A stretch of 64,000 nt of DNA from an uncultured bacterium (lineage in GTDB: Bacteria; Verrucomicrobiota; Kiritimatiellia; CAIKKV01; CAITUY01). How positions within the stretch are numbered: position 1 is the stretch's first letter; every line of letters starts with the position of its first letter. The notes beneath the pieces were generated by a model. That model was not told where the DNA came from and made no database searches. It saw only the letters and a program-made list of their open reading frames with translations. Below are positions 28,279-35,496 of the stretch, one piece after another. The DNA lies in NCBI GenBank assembly GCA_903895695.1, contig CAITUY010000042.1:879-64878 (forward strand), in the 5' to 3' direction. The position numbers and the translations under genes were made by a program.

Positions 28279-29707
28279 GGTTTGCATCCTCTCCGAGCAA
28301 TGACAGCGCCCGCCCCACGAACGTTCCCCAAAGAATCCTCAGGTCCTCGTGCCAGCTACGGCGGAAGGCATAGTAGCGGGCCTCCACGGCGGCCACAGCC
28401 GGTTCGCTCTCGCCGTTCCGGGGCGTGGCATAACTGAAGACGGCGGCGAAATACGCGGGTAAGCTCTCGCGCAGCGCGTTATCCTCCGGGGCCCGCAGCG
28501 GCTCGTGACCGCACAGCCAGAGACGTCCTGCGGCGGCACTGGCCAGGCGCGGCAGCAGGTCCAACCCCAGGGCGCGAAACAGTCGCACTGACGGACACAT
28601 ACGCCCGCCCGCCGACGGCCGAAACGTACTCAGCATCCTCACCTTCCGGCCCGTTCCATGGAAGGCGCGCCGCTCGAAACGCGCCAGCCTCCGCGTTCGC
28701 AGCCAGCCATACAACAGGATGAAGGGCACGATCTGCACGGCAAGCAGGAGCAGCGCCAGCAACCAGCCCGCCACGCCGCTCCACACATCGCGAAGACGGA
28801 ACGGCCGCTTCACGTTGGCCAGCAGCAACGAGTCCTCCAAGTCCACGACCATGCCATCCTGCGGATCGATAAGCCGGCGCCCGGCCGCAATCTTGTCCCG
28901 CAGTTCGACGCCCCGCCCCACGTACGTACCGTCCAGAACCACACAACGCTTGAGATCGGCCTGACGATCGATGACCGTGTGATTTCCGATCACGGCCGCC
29001 GGCCCCACCGATGCAAGCACGCCGATGCGGCACTCGTTGCCGATGACGACCGGCGGCGTCACGCGGGCCGAAGGAGGAATGATGACGTTGTAGCCCACCC
29101 AGGACCCGTCCGTGGCGCCGTAACCCGGGGTCACGTACCGGCCCGCCTCGCCCTGGGCCAGTTGCATATTCAAGTCGAAGAACGCCCTGACCGAGTCGAC
29201 GGTCGCCATGTCGATGCCAAGGTCCCGGAAGGACCGCGGCTCGGCCGTCGGGCGTGTGCCGGCCAAATACGCGTCCAGGAAAACCGGGTCCTGGCTCAAC
29301 AGGCAGGCCGCCCCGCCGGGCAACCCGCACCCATAAGTCCGATCGGCCGCCGGCGCGTCGGGCTTCCGTTCGAAACGCCGCCGTGGGAACATGGGGCCAG
29401 TCAAGAAGAGCAATCCGTCCCGCCACTCCGCGGGATTGCGCTGCAGAAAAGTCGCGGGCAGTCGATCGTCCCGCAAGAAGCTGTAGGTAATGCGCAGCCC
29501 CCACCGGCGGCCGTCCTCGGCATAGGCTTCCACCCGGTCCGAGCCGTCGCCCAGCACCAGCCGCACCTCCGCCACGCCGAGATCCAGGCACCATTCCATC
29601 CAGTAGTCGAGCAGCGGCCGGTTGGCCACCGGCGCCAATGGCCAGGGAATGCCGCCCAGCGAGCGAGTCCAGCCCGGATTCTCCCCCGTGTAGATGACCG
29701 CTTTCAT
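28271..29707 (-). CDS. Membrane-anchored sugar-nucleotidyltransferase-like plus LbH-domain protein of unknown function.
   Basis: N-terminus MKAVIYTGENPGWTRSLGGIPWPLAPVANRPLLDY resembles an NTP-transferase fold with a degenerate G-x-G-T-R loop. A central LbH region (VIGNECRIGVLASVGPAAVIGNHTVID) is followed by a TM helix (GVAGWLLALLLLAVQIVPFILLYGWL) and a 130-aa C-terminal domain. Start trimmed to ATG 29707 (ATGA overlap). Confidence 0.6.
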   Translation of the reverse strand: MKAVIYTGENPGWTRSLGGIPWPLAPVANRPLLDYWMEWCLDLGVAEVRLVLGDGSDRVEAYAEDGRRWGLRITYSFLRDDRLPATFLQRNPAEWRDGLLFLTGPMFPRRRFERKPDAPAADRTYGCGLPGGAACLLSQDPVFLDAYLAGTRPTAEPRSFRDLGIDMATVDSVRAFFDLNMQLAQGEAGRYVTPGYGATDGSWVGYNVIIPPSARVTPPVVIGNECRIGVLASVGPAAVIGNHTVIDRQADLKRCVVLDGTYVGRGVELRDKIAAGRRLIDPQDGMVVDLEDSLLLANVKRPFRLRDVWSGVAGWLLALLLLAVQIVPFILLYGWLRTRRLARFERRAFHGTGRKVRMLSTFRPSAGGRMCPSVRLFRALGLDLLPRLASAAAGRLWLCGHEPLRAPEDNALRESLPAYFAAVFSYATPRNGESEPAVAAVEARYYAFRRSWHEDLRILWGTFVGRALSLLGEDANHA

Positions 29708-30045
29708 CCGCAGGCTTTGACGGCTTCCTCCACGGTGTCGAGGATGTCGAAGACCTTGTACGCCCGCGTGATCTCGAACACCATGCGGGCCTTCTTCTGC
29801 AAACGCGCGATCTTCAGGTCGCCGCCGCGTTCCGAGACGCGCTTCAGCAGGGCGATCAGCGTGCCCAGTCCAGCGCTGTCGAGGAATTCGACGCCGCCCA
29901 GATCCACCACCACGTTGCGCAGTTCCGGCGCGCCCTGCCACCAGCTCCCGAACTGGTCGCGAAAGGAGTCCACCCCGGCGGCCGTCAGCGGCCCGTTCAC
30001 CGTCACAACCCCCACGCCCTGCATCACCCCGAACGTCGTTTCCAT
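29704..30045 (-). CDS. STAS-domain anti-sigma-factor antagonist (SpoIIAA/RsbV/HsbA-like).
   Basis: VVDLGGVEFLDSAGLGTLIALLKRVSERGGDLKIARLQKKARMVFEITRAYKVFDIL is the canonical STAS pattern with the phosphorylatable Ser in DSAGLG. GGAG RBS 6 nt upstream of ATG 30045. Confidence 0.8.
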   Translation of the reverse strand: METTFGVMQGVGVVTVNGPLTAAGVDSFRDQFGSWWQGAPELRNVVVDLGGVEFLDSAGLGTLIALLKRVSERGGDLKIARLQKKARMVFEITRAYKVFDILDTVEEAVKACG

Positions 30046-30071
30046 GTTTCTCCTTGTCCTCCGGCCCCGGC

Positions 30072-30806
30072 TCAGTAGGCCCCGCGCCCCAACAACACGG
30101 CCGGCACCGTCTTCAGAATGATCACAATATCCTTCCAGATGCTCTGACTGTGGATGTACTCCAGATCCAGCCGCACCTGCTGGGCAAACGGAATCTCGGA
30201 GCGTCCCTGAATCTGCCACAGGCAGGTCAGCCCGGACTTCACGTGCAGCCGCTTGCGGTCGGCCAGCGTGTACTGCGCGACCTCCCGCGGCACGGGCGGC
30301 CGCGGCCCCACCACGGCCAGGTCGCCGACGAGTACATTCAGCACCTGCGGCGCCTCGTCAATACTGTACCGGCGGATGAAGCGGCCGACGCGCGTCACGC
30401 GCGGGTCGTTCTTCATCTTGAAGATTACGCCACCGGTAGACTCGTTCTGCGCCAGCAGGGCGTCCTTGCGCTTTTCGGCATCGCGATACATGGAACGGAA
30501 TTTATAGAAACGGAAGAGGCGGCCATTGAGGCCGACGCGATCCTGGGCGAAGAACACGGGCCAGCCGTCCTCCAGCACGATCGCCAGCGCGACGCCCAGA
30601 AACAGCGGCGAAAAGAGGATCAAGGCGGTGAGCGACACCGCGACATCCATGAAGCGCTTGAGGACAAAAAGACTGGTCAGACCCGCTTCCCAGATCCGCA
30701 ACCGGATCCTCTGCCTGACCTGCAATACGCGCATGCCGGTACGCGAAGCCGGCAGGTTCAGCGAATCGAAGAGTTCCCGTCGTGCTTGGTAGATGGCTTC
30801 GTTCAT
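30072..30806 (-). CDS. Initiating sugar-phosphate transferase (polyprenyl-phosphate hexose-1-phosphate transferase, bacterial sugar transferase family; WbaP/WcaJ C-terminal-domain or PglC-like).
   Basis: LKRFMDVAVSLTALILFSPLF...KFRSMYRDAE...DPRVTRVGRFIRRYSIDEAPQVLNVLVGDLAVVGPRP are the diagnostic motifs. 244 aa. Confidence 0.9.
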   Translation of the reverse strand: MNEAIYQARRELFDSLNLPASRTGMRVLQVRQRIRLRIWEAGLTSLFVLKRFMDVAVSLTALILFSPLFLGVALAIVLEDGWPVFFAQDRVGLNGRLFRFYKFRSMYRDAEKRKDALLAQNESTGGVIFKMKNDPRVTRVGRFIRRYSIDEAPQVLNVLVGDLAVVGPRPPVPREVAQYTLADRKRLHVKSGLTCLWQIQGRSEIPFAQQVRLDLEYIHSQSIWKDIVIILKTVPAVLLGRGAY

Positions 30807-32470
30807 CAGGGTCTCCCCGACCGTTCAGCCAGCACCCTACCAAAGTCCCGATCCACGGCAAAGAACGCAATGTTCTCGCTTTCGCGCCGGTAGAACTCGG
30901 CGTGGACGGAAACCGACTGGATGATACCCAGGCCACGCCCGTGTTCGCGGTCCTCAGGCTGGCGGCGGGTCGCGGCCAGTTGGCTCGCGAAATCCCAGGC
31001 GCGGCCCTGATCACGGAATAGCACCCGGCACACGGAACCGGTCAGCCGCACCTGGAACCCGATGGCGGCCCCGGCGGGCGGCCGGCCGTGAGTGACGATG
31101 TTGGTGCCGTGCTCCATGACTGCCAGTTGCACGGCCCCGGCCGACTCCTCGGACCAACCTCGCGCCTGCAGCAGGCGGTCCGCCTGCGCCGCGACATCGG
31201 CCATGGCCGCCAACTCGGGCGCCAGGGAAGTTTCCAGCAACACCGAAGCGGGATCGATCCGTTGCACGGCCAGCGCGCTGCAGTCGTCCTCGCCCAGCTC
31301 GAAACCCTCCTGGCGTAGCACTGCCAGCACGCTGGCCGCCGGGTCGATCGTGCGCGGGTCCCCGACGATGCGGCGCACCAGTTCGCCCAGCCGTGCCACC
31401 CCGCAGGGCTCGCCGCTTGTGCGGTGCCGGGCTTCCAGGAGGCCGTCCGTGACCAGGAACAGGGTCGACCCCTGTTCCGCCTCTGCCCCAGTCTGCTGTC
31501 CGGCCTCGTACGGCGGCGTTTCAAGAAACGAAAACCCGATCGGCACGTCGCCGCCGCCGCTCAACCGCCCGGACACGTCCGTGCCGTCGGCTCGCACCAG
31601 GAGCGGCTCGGGATGTCCACAGTTCATACAGATCCACTGCCAGCGAGTCGTGTCCAGGATCGCCAGGAACAGGGTGGCGTATAGCTCCGGGTTCTCGACG
31701 TGGTACCGGAACCGGGAGTGTATCTCGCGGCACACGGCGGCGGGCCCCAGCGCGGCGAAACCACGGGCGGCCTCCGTAATGACGGCTTTGAGGAGAGATG
31801 AAACGATGGCCGGCGCCACGCCATGGCCGGCCACATCCCCCGCGTAAACGCACAGCCGGCCATCCGGCAGCGGCAGGGCATCGAACACGTCGCCGCCAAT
31901 AGTCAGGCTGGGCTGATAGGTCATGGTGACCTCGTAGCCGTTGCCGAACAGGGGGTACGTGGAGAAGAGCTTGCGCTGCAGCGAACCGGCCACCTCCAGT
32001 TCACGCGACATCTTTTGCTGCCACAACCGCAATTCGTCCGTGCTGCGTTTCAAGGCCAGGGCGTTGCGCACGCGGGCCAGCAGTTCCCGGGCATAGTACG
32101 GCTTACGGATGTAGTCGAAGGCGCCCAGGACCAGCCCGCGCTCCACCTCTTCGATCTCCTTGCGGGCCGTCACGAGGATCACGCTGATGTCCCGCGTGCG
32201 AGGATCCTGCTTGAGGCGCTCCAACACTTCGTGACCGGTAAGCCCGGGCATCATGACATCCACCAGGGCCAGATCCGGAAGATGCTGCTGCGCGAGTTGC
32301 AGGGCGCTGGTGCCATCCGCCGCCTCGAGCACCTCGCAGCCGCGCTGGGTCAGTAGCTTGCGAAGCACGGCCCGATTGGGCAGATCGTCGTCGGCAATCA
32401 GCACCCGGCCGTGAAGGGCCTCCAAGGTCCGGAGCGGTTCAGCGACGGGCGCGGGGGGACGGTCAGCCAT
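30806..32470 (-). CDS. Three-domain partner-switching regulator: REC receiver, PP2C/SpoIIE-type Ser phosphatase, and GHKL anti-sigma-factor-type Ser kinase (HsbR-like architecture).
   Basis: REC: RVLIADDDLPNRAVLRKLL...LALVDVMMPGLTGHEVL. PP2C: TIGGDVFDALPLPDGRLCVYAGDVAGHGVAPAIVSSL...FLVTDGLLE. HATPase: AVMEHGTNIVTHGRPPAGAAIGFQVRLTGSVCRVLFRDQGRAWD (N-box-like E..TN..H). Confidence 0.8.
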   Translation of the reverse strand: MADRPPAPVAEPLRTLEALHGRVLIADDDLPNRAVLRKLLTQRGCEVLEAADGTSALQLAQQHLPDLALVDVMMPGLTGHEVLERLKQDPRTRDISVILVTARKEIEEVERGLVLGAFDYIRKPYYARELLARVRNALALKRSTDELRLWQQKMSRELEVAGSLQRKLFSTYPLFGNGYEVTMTYQPSLTIGGDVFDALPLPDGRLCVYAGDVAGHGVAPAIVSSLLKAVITEAARGFAALGPAAVCREIHSRFRYHVENPELYATLFLAILDTTRWQWICMNCGHPEPLLVRADGTDVSGRLSGGGDVPIGFSFLETPPYEAGQQTGAEAEQGSTLFLVTDGLLEARHRTSGEPCGVARLGELVRRIVGDPRTIDPAASVLAVLRQEGFELGEDDCSALAVQRIDPASVLLETSLAPELAAMADVAAQADRLLQARGWSEESAGAVQLAVMEHGTNIVTHGRPPAGAAIGFQVRLTGSVCRVLFRDQGRAWDFASQLAATRRQPEDREHGRGLGIIQSVSVHAEFYRRESENIAFFAVDRDFGRVLAERSGRP

Positions 32471-32876
32471 GAGGATGTCCTCCGGCCGGGTTCAAGGTGT
32501 CGACCCAGCGGCTCAGTTGCTCCGCAAATGCCGCACAGCGAGTCCACTCCTCGGTGCGCGCCGCGTGGCTGAGTTCCCGGCCGACAACCGAGATCTCGGG
32601 AAATCCGAGGGTACCACCCATGCCTTCCAGCGAATGCCCCTTGTCCCGGATGGCTTGCGCATCGCGCCGCGCGCACGCCGCGGTCAGTGTGTCCGCGGTC
32701 GTCCGCATCTTCTCTGCGAACAGTCCGAGAATCTCGGAATCGATCACGTCCGTATCCACCTGATACTCGGCCGCCTGGATGACGATGTCGGGCACGAGCG
32801 AGAGGAACAACTCTCGCGCCGCCGCCGCGGCCACCCGCGTGGCGCTGCCTCCGCCGACGTGTTCAGGCTGGGTCAC
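32463..32876 (-). CDS. Histidine phosphotransfer (Hpt) protein (HptB-like).
   Basis: AIRDKGHSLEGMGGTLGFPEI carries the Hpt phospho-His in the H-x-L-K/E-G motif within an approx. 110-aa helical domain. Start is probably a GTG just downstream of the glgP stop; the longer track ORF would overlap glgP. Stop overlaps the HsbR-like start by 8 nt. Confidence 0.65.
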   Translation of the reverse strand: MTQPEHVGGGSATRVAAAAARELFLSLVPDIVIQAAEYQVDTDVIDSEILGLFAEKMRTTADTLTAACARRDAQAIRDKGHSLEGMGGTLGFPEISVVGRELSHAARTEEWTRCAAFAEQLSRWVDTLNPAGGHPHG

Positions 32877-32878
32877 GG

Positions 32879-35410
32879 TCAGGAGCCTTTCCGCCGACGC
32901 TTGGGTACGTCGGCCGGCGCCATTCGAATCGGCACGGGTTGCAGGCCCCAGATCTCGCCTGCGTACTCCCGGATCGTACGATCGCTGGAAAAATGGCCCG
33001 TCCGGGCCACGTTGAGAACCGCCTTGCGCGCCCACTCCCCGGGCCGGCCAAACAGGTCCGCCGCCCGGGCCTGCGTCTCGACGTAATCCCGGTAATCCGC
33101 CAAATGAAAATAGCGATCACCCCACTCCGTCAGCGCGCGATACACGTCCTCGAACAGGCCGGGGCTCGACCTGCAAAACGTATTGGCCTGCAGCATCCCG
33201 ACGACGGCCCACAGTTCGGGGTCCCGGGCCAGCCAGGCCCACGGATCGTAGCCGCCGGCACGCAGGGCTTCCAGTTCCTCGGCCTTGTGGCCGAAGATGA
33301 AAATGTTGTCGGCCCCCACCGCCTCGGCAATCTCAATGGTGGCGCCATCCCAGGTGCCGATGGTCAACGCGCCGTTCAAGGCCAGCTTCATGTTTCCCGT
33401 CCCCGACGCTTCGGTGCCGGCCGCGGAAATCTGCTCGGAAAGGTCGGCCGCCGGCACGATCTGCTCGGCCAGGGAGACGCAGTAGTCGGGCAGAAACACG
33501 ACCTTCAGGCGGTCGCCGACCTGGGGGTCGTTGTTGATGGTCGCGGCCAGCTCGTTGATCAGCTTGATGATGCGCTTGGCCATGTGATAACCCGGGGCCG
33601 CCTTGGCGCCGAAGAGACAGACGCGCGGCGTCGAGCTGAACCCGGGTTGTTCCTTAATGCGTCGGTACAGCGTCATGATGTGCAGCGCATTCAACAACTG
33701 CCGCTTGTACTCGTGCAGCCGCTTGATCTGCACATCGAACAGCGCCGCCGGATCCACCTGCACGCCGGTCCGCTCGCGGATCACTTGCGCCAACGCCTGC
33801 TTCTGACTGCGCTTGACGGCGAGAAAGGCTTCGCAGAATGCCGGGTCGTCTGCCTGGGGCTCCAATTCCTGCAGGTGCTCGGGTTCGCGCAACCAGCGGT
33901 CGCCGATGGCCCCGGTCACCAGCGCCGCGAGGCCGGGATTGCATTGCAGCAGCCAGCGCCGCTGGGTCACGCCGTTGGTCTTGTTGTTGAATCGTTCCGG
34001 CCACAAAGAGGCGAAGTCCGGCACCAGCCGGGTCTTCACCAGCTCGGTATGAAGGCGCGCAACGCCGTTGACGGAATGGCTGCCCACGATGCCCAGGTGC
34101 GCCATGCGGACCTGCTTGACATCACCTTCCTCGATCACCGACATGCGGCGCAGCCGGTCCGTGTCGCCTGGATAGACTTCGGCGACCTGGGTGAGAAAGC
34201 GGCGGTTGATCTCGTAAATGATCTGCAAATGTCGCGGCAGCACCCGTTCCATGAGCGGCACCGGCCATTTCTCCAGTGCCTCGGGCAGCAGCGTGTGGTT
34301 GGTGTACCCCAGCGTACGCACCGTCTGCTCCCAGGCTGGCTCCCACGGCATGTCGTGCTCGTCCACGAACAGGCGCATCAGTTCCGCCACGGCCAGCACC
34401 GGGTGCGTATCGTTCATCTGGATGGCGTTGCGTTCGGCAAAACGCTCCGTCGTGCGGTGATTCTTGAGATGACGGCGCAGGAGGTCACGCAGCGAGCAGG
34501 CCACCAGGAAATATTCCTGCAGCAGCCGCAACTCGCGGCCCGCGCTCGTGTTGTCCGAGGGATACAGGACTTTGCTGATGTTCTCGGCCCAGTTCTTCTC
34601 CTCCACGGCCCGCACGTAATCGCCCTGGTTGAACACATCCAGGCGGAAGCCCTGGGTCGCGCGCGAACTCCAGAGTCGAAGAAAGTTGACCGTGTTCACG
34701 CCGTAGCCGAGCACCGGCAGATCGTAAGGAATGCCCTCGAACATCTGCCAATCGAGCCAGACCGGGCGCGCGGGGCCGCCATGGGCGCCGGCCACGTTCT
34801 CGATCCGGCCGTACGCCAGCACCGGGACGGCATACTCGGGACGCACCATTTCCCACGGGCAGCCGTACTTCAGCCAGTCATCCGGCGACTCCTGCTGCCA
34901 GCCATTGGCGAACTCCTGGCGGAACATACCGTGCTCGTAGCGGATCCCGTAGCCGTAGCCGGGGTACTCCTGTGTCGCCAGGGAATCGAGGAAGCAGGCG
35001 GCCAGCCGCCCCAGGCCGCCGTTGCCCAGGCCGGCGTCGGGCTCGAGCGCCGCCAGCCGCGCCGGGGCGAGGTCGAGCAGCTGCAGCGCCTCGACGACGG
35101 CCGGCCCCAAATTCAGGGCCAGGGCGTTCGAGGTCAGCAACCGGCCGATGAGGAATTCCAGCGACAGGTAATACATCCGCTTTACATCCCGCGCCAGATA
35201 CTCGTTCTGGGTGGCAATCATGCGGTCCACGACCAGGTCATTGAGGGCCTTGGAAAGCCCGACCAGTTTGTCGTAATCCGTGGCGACCGCCCAGTCCTTG
35301 CAGCGTGAGTAGCGCACGTGGTGGCGAATGCTTTCGGCTAATTGTTCGGCCGTCATCGGCGGACGTGTGGTCATGTCTTTGGCTCCTTCATCCCGGATAA
35401 ATACATTCAA
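32879..35410 (-). CDS. glgP: Glycogen/alpha-glucan phosphorylase.
   Basis: EPDAGLGNGGLGRLAACFLDSLAT and the PLP-lysine region ISAAGTEASGTGNMKLALNGALTIGTWDGA are diagnostic. 843 aa. The track start is TTG; an internal ATG (MTTRPPMTAEQL) is an alternative. Confidence 0.9.
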   Translation of the reverse strand: MNVFIRDEGAKDMTTRPPMTAEQLAESIRHHVRYSRCKDWAVATDYDKLVGLSKALNDLVVDRMIATQNEYLARDVKRMYYLSLEFLIGRLLTSNALALNLGPAVVEALQLLDLAPARLAALEPDAGLGNGGLGRLAACFLDSLATQEYPGYGYGIRYEHGMFRQEFANGWQQESPDDWLKYGCPWEMVRPEYAVPVLAYGRIENVAGAHGGPARPVWLDWQMFEGIPYDLPVLGYGVNTVNFLRLWSSRATQGFRLDVFNQGDYVRAVEEKNWAENISKVLYPSDNTSAGRELRLLQEYFLVACSLRDLLRRHLKNHRTTERFAERNAIQMNDTHPVLAVAELMRLFVDEHDMPWEPAWEQTVRTLGYTNHTLLPEALEKWPVPLMERVLPRHLQIIYEINRRFLTQVAEVYPGDTDRLRRMSVIEEGDVKQVRMAHLGIVGSHSVNGVARLHTELVKTRLVPDFASLWPERFNNKTNGVTQRRWLLQCNPGLAALVTGAIGDRWLREPEHLQELEPQADDPAFCEAFLAVKRSQKQALAQVIRERTGVQVDPAALFDVQIKRLHEYKRQLLNALHIMTLYRRIKEQPGFSSTPRVCLFGAKAAPGYHMAKRIIKLINELAATINNDPQVGDRLKVVFLPDYCVSLAEQIVPAADLSEQISAAGTEASGTGNMKLALNGALTIGTWDGATIEIAEAVGADNIFIFGHKAEELEALRAGGYDPWAWLARDPELWAVVGMLQANTFCRSSPGLFEDVYRALTEWGDRYFHLADYRDYVETQARAADLFGRPGEWARKAVLNVARTGHFSSDRTIREYAGEIWGLQPVPIRMAPADVPKRRRKGS

Positions 35411-35491
35411 CTACGAAACACGCGAAAGGCGCGAAAGAAATCCCGCTTGCCTAATGATGCATAGCTTTCGCGAATTTCGCGTGTTTCGTAG
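35411..35491. promoter_or_regulatory. Perfect 17-bp inverted repeat (ctacgaaacacgcgaaa / tttcgcgtgtttcgtag) separated by about 47 bp, with internal CGCGAAAG direct repeats and a TTCGCGAA palindrome. It lies between the HK stop and the glgP start.
   Basis: Read directly from the sequence. The 3' arm abuts the annotated glgP start codon. Confidence 0.4.
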
Positions 35492-35496
35492 TGGCT

